Part shown: positions 62,576 through 64,000 of the stretch, piece by piece
Position numbering within the stretch: position 1 is the stretch's first letter
Layout of the letters: every line of letters begins with the position of its first letter
NCBI GenBank assembly: GCA_963667675.1
Contig: OY763929.1
Location: forward strand, 642-64,641
DNA length: 64,000 nt
Direction: 5' to 3'
Source: Dehalococcoidia bacterium
GTDB taxonomy: Bacteria > Chloroflexota > Dehalococcoidia > Lucifugimonadales > UBA3495
Position numbers and translations under genes: made by a program
The notes under the pieces: generated by a model
Seen by the model: only the letters and a program-made list of their open reading frames with translations
Told to the model about the DNA's origin: nothing
Databases searched by the model: none

Positions 62576-62581
62576 CGCCTC

Positions 62582-64000
62582 ATGACCACCGGCGTCGAAG
62601 TCCTGGAGGGCCTGAACTCCGCTCAACAAAAGGCGGTCGAGACCGTTTCCGGCCCCCTGCTGATTATCGCCGGGCCCGGCAGCGGCAAGACCCGCGTCAT
62701 CACCCACCGCATCGCCTACCTGGTCCGGGTGCAGGACATCAAGCCCTGGCGCATCGCCGCCGTGACCTTCACCAACAAGGCCGCCAGGGAGATGCGCGGC
62801 CGGCTGGAACGCCTGGTCGGCCCCTACAGCGACGCCCTGACCGCATGCACCTTCCATTCCTTCTGCGCTCTGCTGCTCCGTCGCGAGGGCAGCCGCGTTG
62901 GACTGCCCTCCAACTACACCATCTACGACGCCGACGACCAGCTTGTCGTCATAAAACAGGCCATGGAACTGGCCGAGTTGGAGCCGAGGCACAACCCGCC
63001 CCAGGCTATACGAGGGGTCATCTCCAGGGCCAAGAGCGTATTGATGGACTCCCAGGAACTGGCCCGCCGCAGCGACAACTACTTCGAGGAGAACTGCGCC
63101 AGGGTCTACCATCACTACGAGGAACTGCTGTCCCGCAACAACGCCGCCGACTTCGACGACCTGCTCATGCGGGCAGTCCAGTTGTTCCAGGAGTACCCCG
63201 ACGTTCTGGAGCGCTACCAGGACCAGTATTTTCACCTGATGGTGGACGAGTTCCAGGACACCAACGTGGCCCAGTACCGCCTGGCTAGACTGCTGGCCGA
63301 ACAGCGCCGGAACATCTGCGTCGTGGGCGACCCCGACCAGTCCATCTACTCCTGGCGCAGCGCCGACATCCGCAACATCCTCAGCTTCCAGCAGGACTAC
63401 CCAGGCGCAACCGTCGTCTCTCTTGAGGAGAATTACCGTTCCACCGGCAAGATACTGGAGGCGGCCAAGGGCCTGATTTCGGCCAACGGCCAACGGATTC
63501 ACAAGGACCTGTTCACCCAGAACGCCGGAGGCCCACCGGTGGTGGTGAACGAGGCCTACGACGAAACTGAAGAAGCCTCCTACGTCGTCAGTGAGGTAGC
63601 CCGGCTGGTCCGCGAAGAAAGGATGCGGCCCGGCGACTGCGCCGTGATGTACCGGGTCAACGCCCAGTCCCGGGCCCTGGAAGAAGCCTGCCTCCACCAG
63701 GGGATGAAATACCGATTGGTCGGGGGTGTCCGCTTTTACCAGCGGCGGGAAGTCAAAGACGCGATGGCCTATCTCCGGGTGCTGCACAACCCTGCGGACG
63801 ACGTGAGCCTGGCCCGGGTGATAGGCGTTCCACCCCGGGGCATCGGCGCCAAGACCATGCAGGACCTGGCTGCCTGGGCGCAAGGGCAAGACCTCTCCCT
63901 GTTTGCCGCCATGCAACGGGTCGCCGCCGACAAGCGGGCCGGCGAGCCGTGCACCGCCAAGTTGAATCCACGGGCTGTCAACGCTATCACCGACTTGGTG
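62582..64000 (+). CDS. UvrD/PcrA/Rep-family ATP-dependent DNA helicase (N-terminal 473 codons; continues past the right edge)
   Basis: MTTGVEVLEGLNSAQQKAVETVSGPLLIIAGPGSGKTRVITHRIAYLV (Walker A), FTNKAAREM and DEFQDTN motifs. Absent from the ORF track because there is no stop codon in the window. Confidence 0.85.
   Translation, partial: MTTGVEVLEGLNSAQQKAVETVSGPLLIIAGPGSGKTRVITHRIAYLVRVQDIKPWRIAAVTFTNKAAREMRGRLERLVGPYSDALTACTFHSFCALLLRREGSRVGLPSNYTIYDADDQLVVIKQAMELAELEPRHNPPQAIRGVISRAKSVLMDSQELARRSDNYFEENCARVYHHYEELLSRNNAADFDDLLMRAVQLFQEYPDVLERYQDQYFHLMVDEFQDTNVAQYRLARLLAEQRRNICVVGDPDQSIYSWRSADIRNILSFQQDYPGATVVSLEENYRSTGKILEAAKGLISANGQRIHKDLFTQNAGGPPVVVNEAYDETEEASYVVSEVARLVREERMRPGDCAVMYRVNAQSRALEEACLHQGMKYRLVGGVRFYQRREVKDAMAYLRVLHNPADDVSLARVIGVPPRGIGAKTMQDLAAWAQGQDLSLFAAMQRVAADKRAGEPCTAKLNPRAVNAITDLV

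Noticed and set aside
62558-63916. 452-aa minus-strand ORF
   Set aside because: It is antisense to an unmistakable UvrD/PcrA-type helicase reading frame (Walker A GPGSGKT, DEFQDTN) that starts at 62582 and runs off the window. That frame is missing from the ORF track only because it has no stop codon in the window.

Overview
GC-rich bacterial chromosomal window. Gene content and a lipoprotein with a Thr/Ala/Pro/Glu linker suggest Chloroflexota, possibly SAR202- or Dehalococcoidia-like, but that assignment is inference only. I can support about 60 protein-coding genes. I found no rRNA, tRNA, CRISPR array, transposase or integrase by eye. Many start codons were moved downstream of the ORF-track starts, using paralog alignment, Shine-Dalgarno sequences and promoters that lie inside the longer ORFs. 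Two partial genes at the window edges are absent from the ORF track: a lipoprotein at 1-218 (-) and a UvrD/PcrA-type helicase at 62582-64000 (+). Positions 1-42.8 kb form a paralog-dense catabolic region in which 25 of 38 genes have a paralog inside the window. These include 6 luciferase-like (LLM) flavin oxidoreductases with a tandem triplet at 34.7-39.1 kb, and 3 cytoplasmic RdhA/QueG-like Fe-S proteins. The other duplicated families, each with two members in the window, are D-aminoacylase-type enzymes, amidohydrolase-2 enzymes, VOC proteins, family III CoA-transferases, NHL propellers, DUF1800 proteins, classical SDRs and an orphan family. Positions 42.9-64 kb are mostly housekeeping: rsmG, yqeK/HIT, acyl-CoA dehydrogenases, argJ-argB and argD-argG, aminotransferases and a helicase. 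Best candidate for something undescribed: five poorly characterised families recur in four loci in shuffled adjacency, all without signal peptides. They are the RdhA/QueG-like protein, an orphan GAF-like protein, an NHL propeller, DUF1800 and DUF1501. Other notable points follow. A 155-bp duplicated 3' end of a DUF1015 gene brackets a PD40 beta-propeller gene, with start/stop ATGA overlaps. A 39-bp tandem repeat occurs about 9 times in a convergent intergenic region. A 393-bp indel carrying a degenerate HNH-like mini-gene lies inside the LLM triplet. A lower-GC islet of four small ORFs splits the arg cluster. Sigma70-like promoters of the form TTGAC(A/C)-N17/18-TAnnnT are readable upstream of many genes. 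Everything here is by-eye analysis; no database search or folding computation was run.
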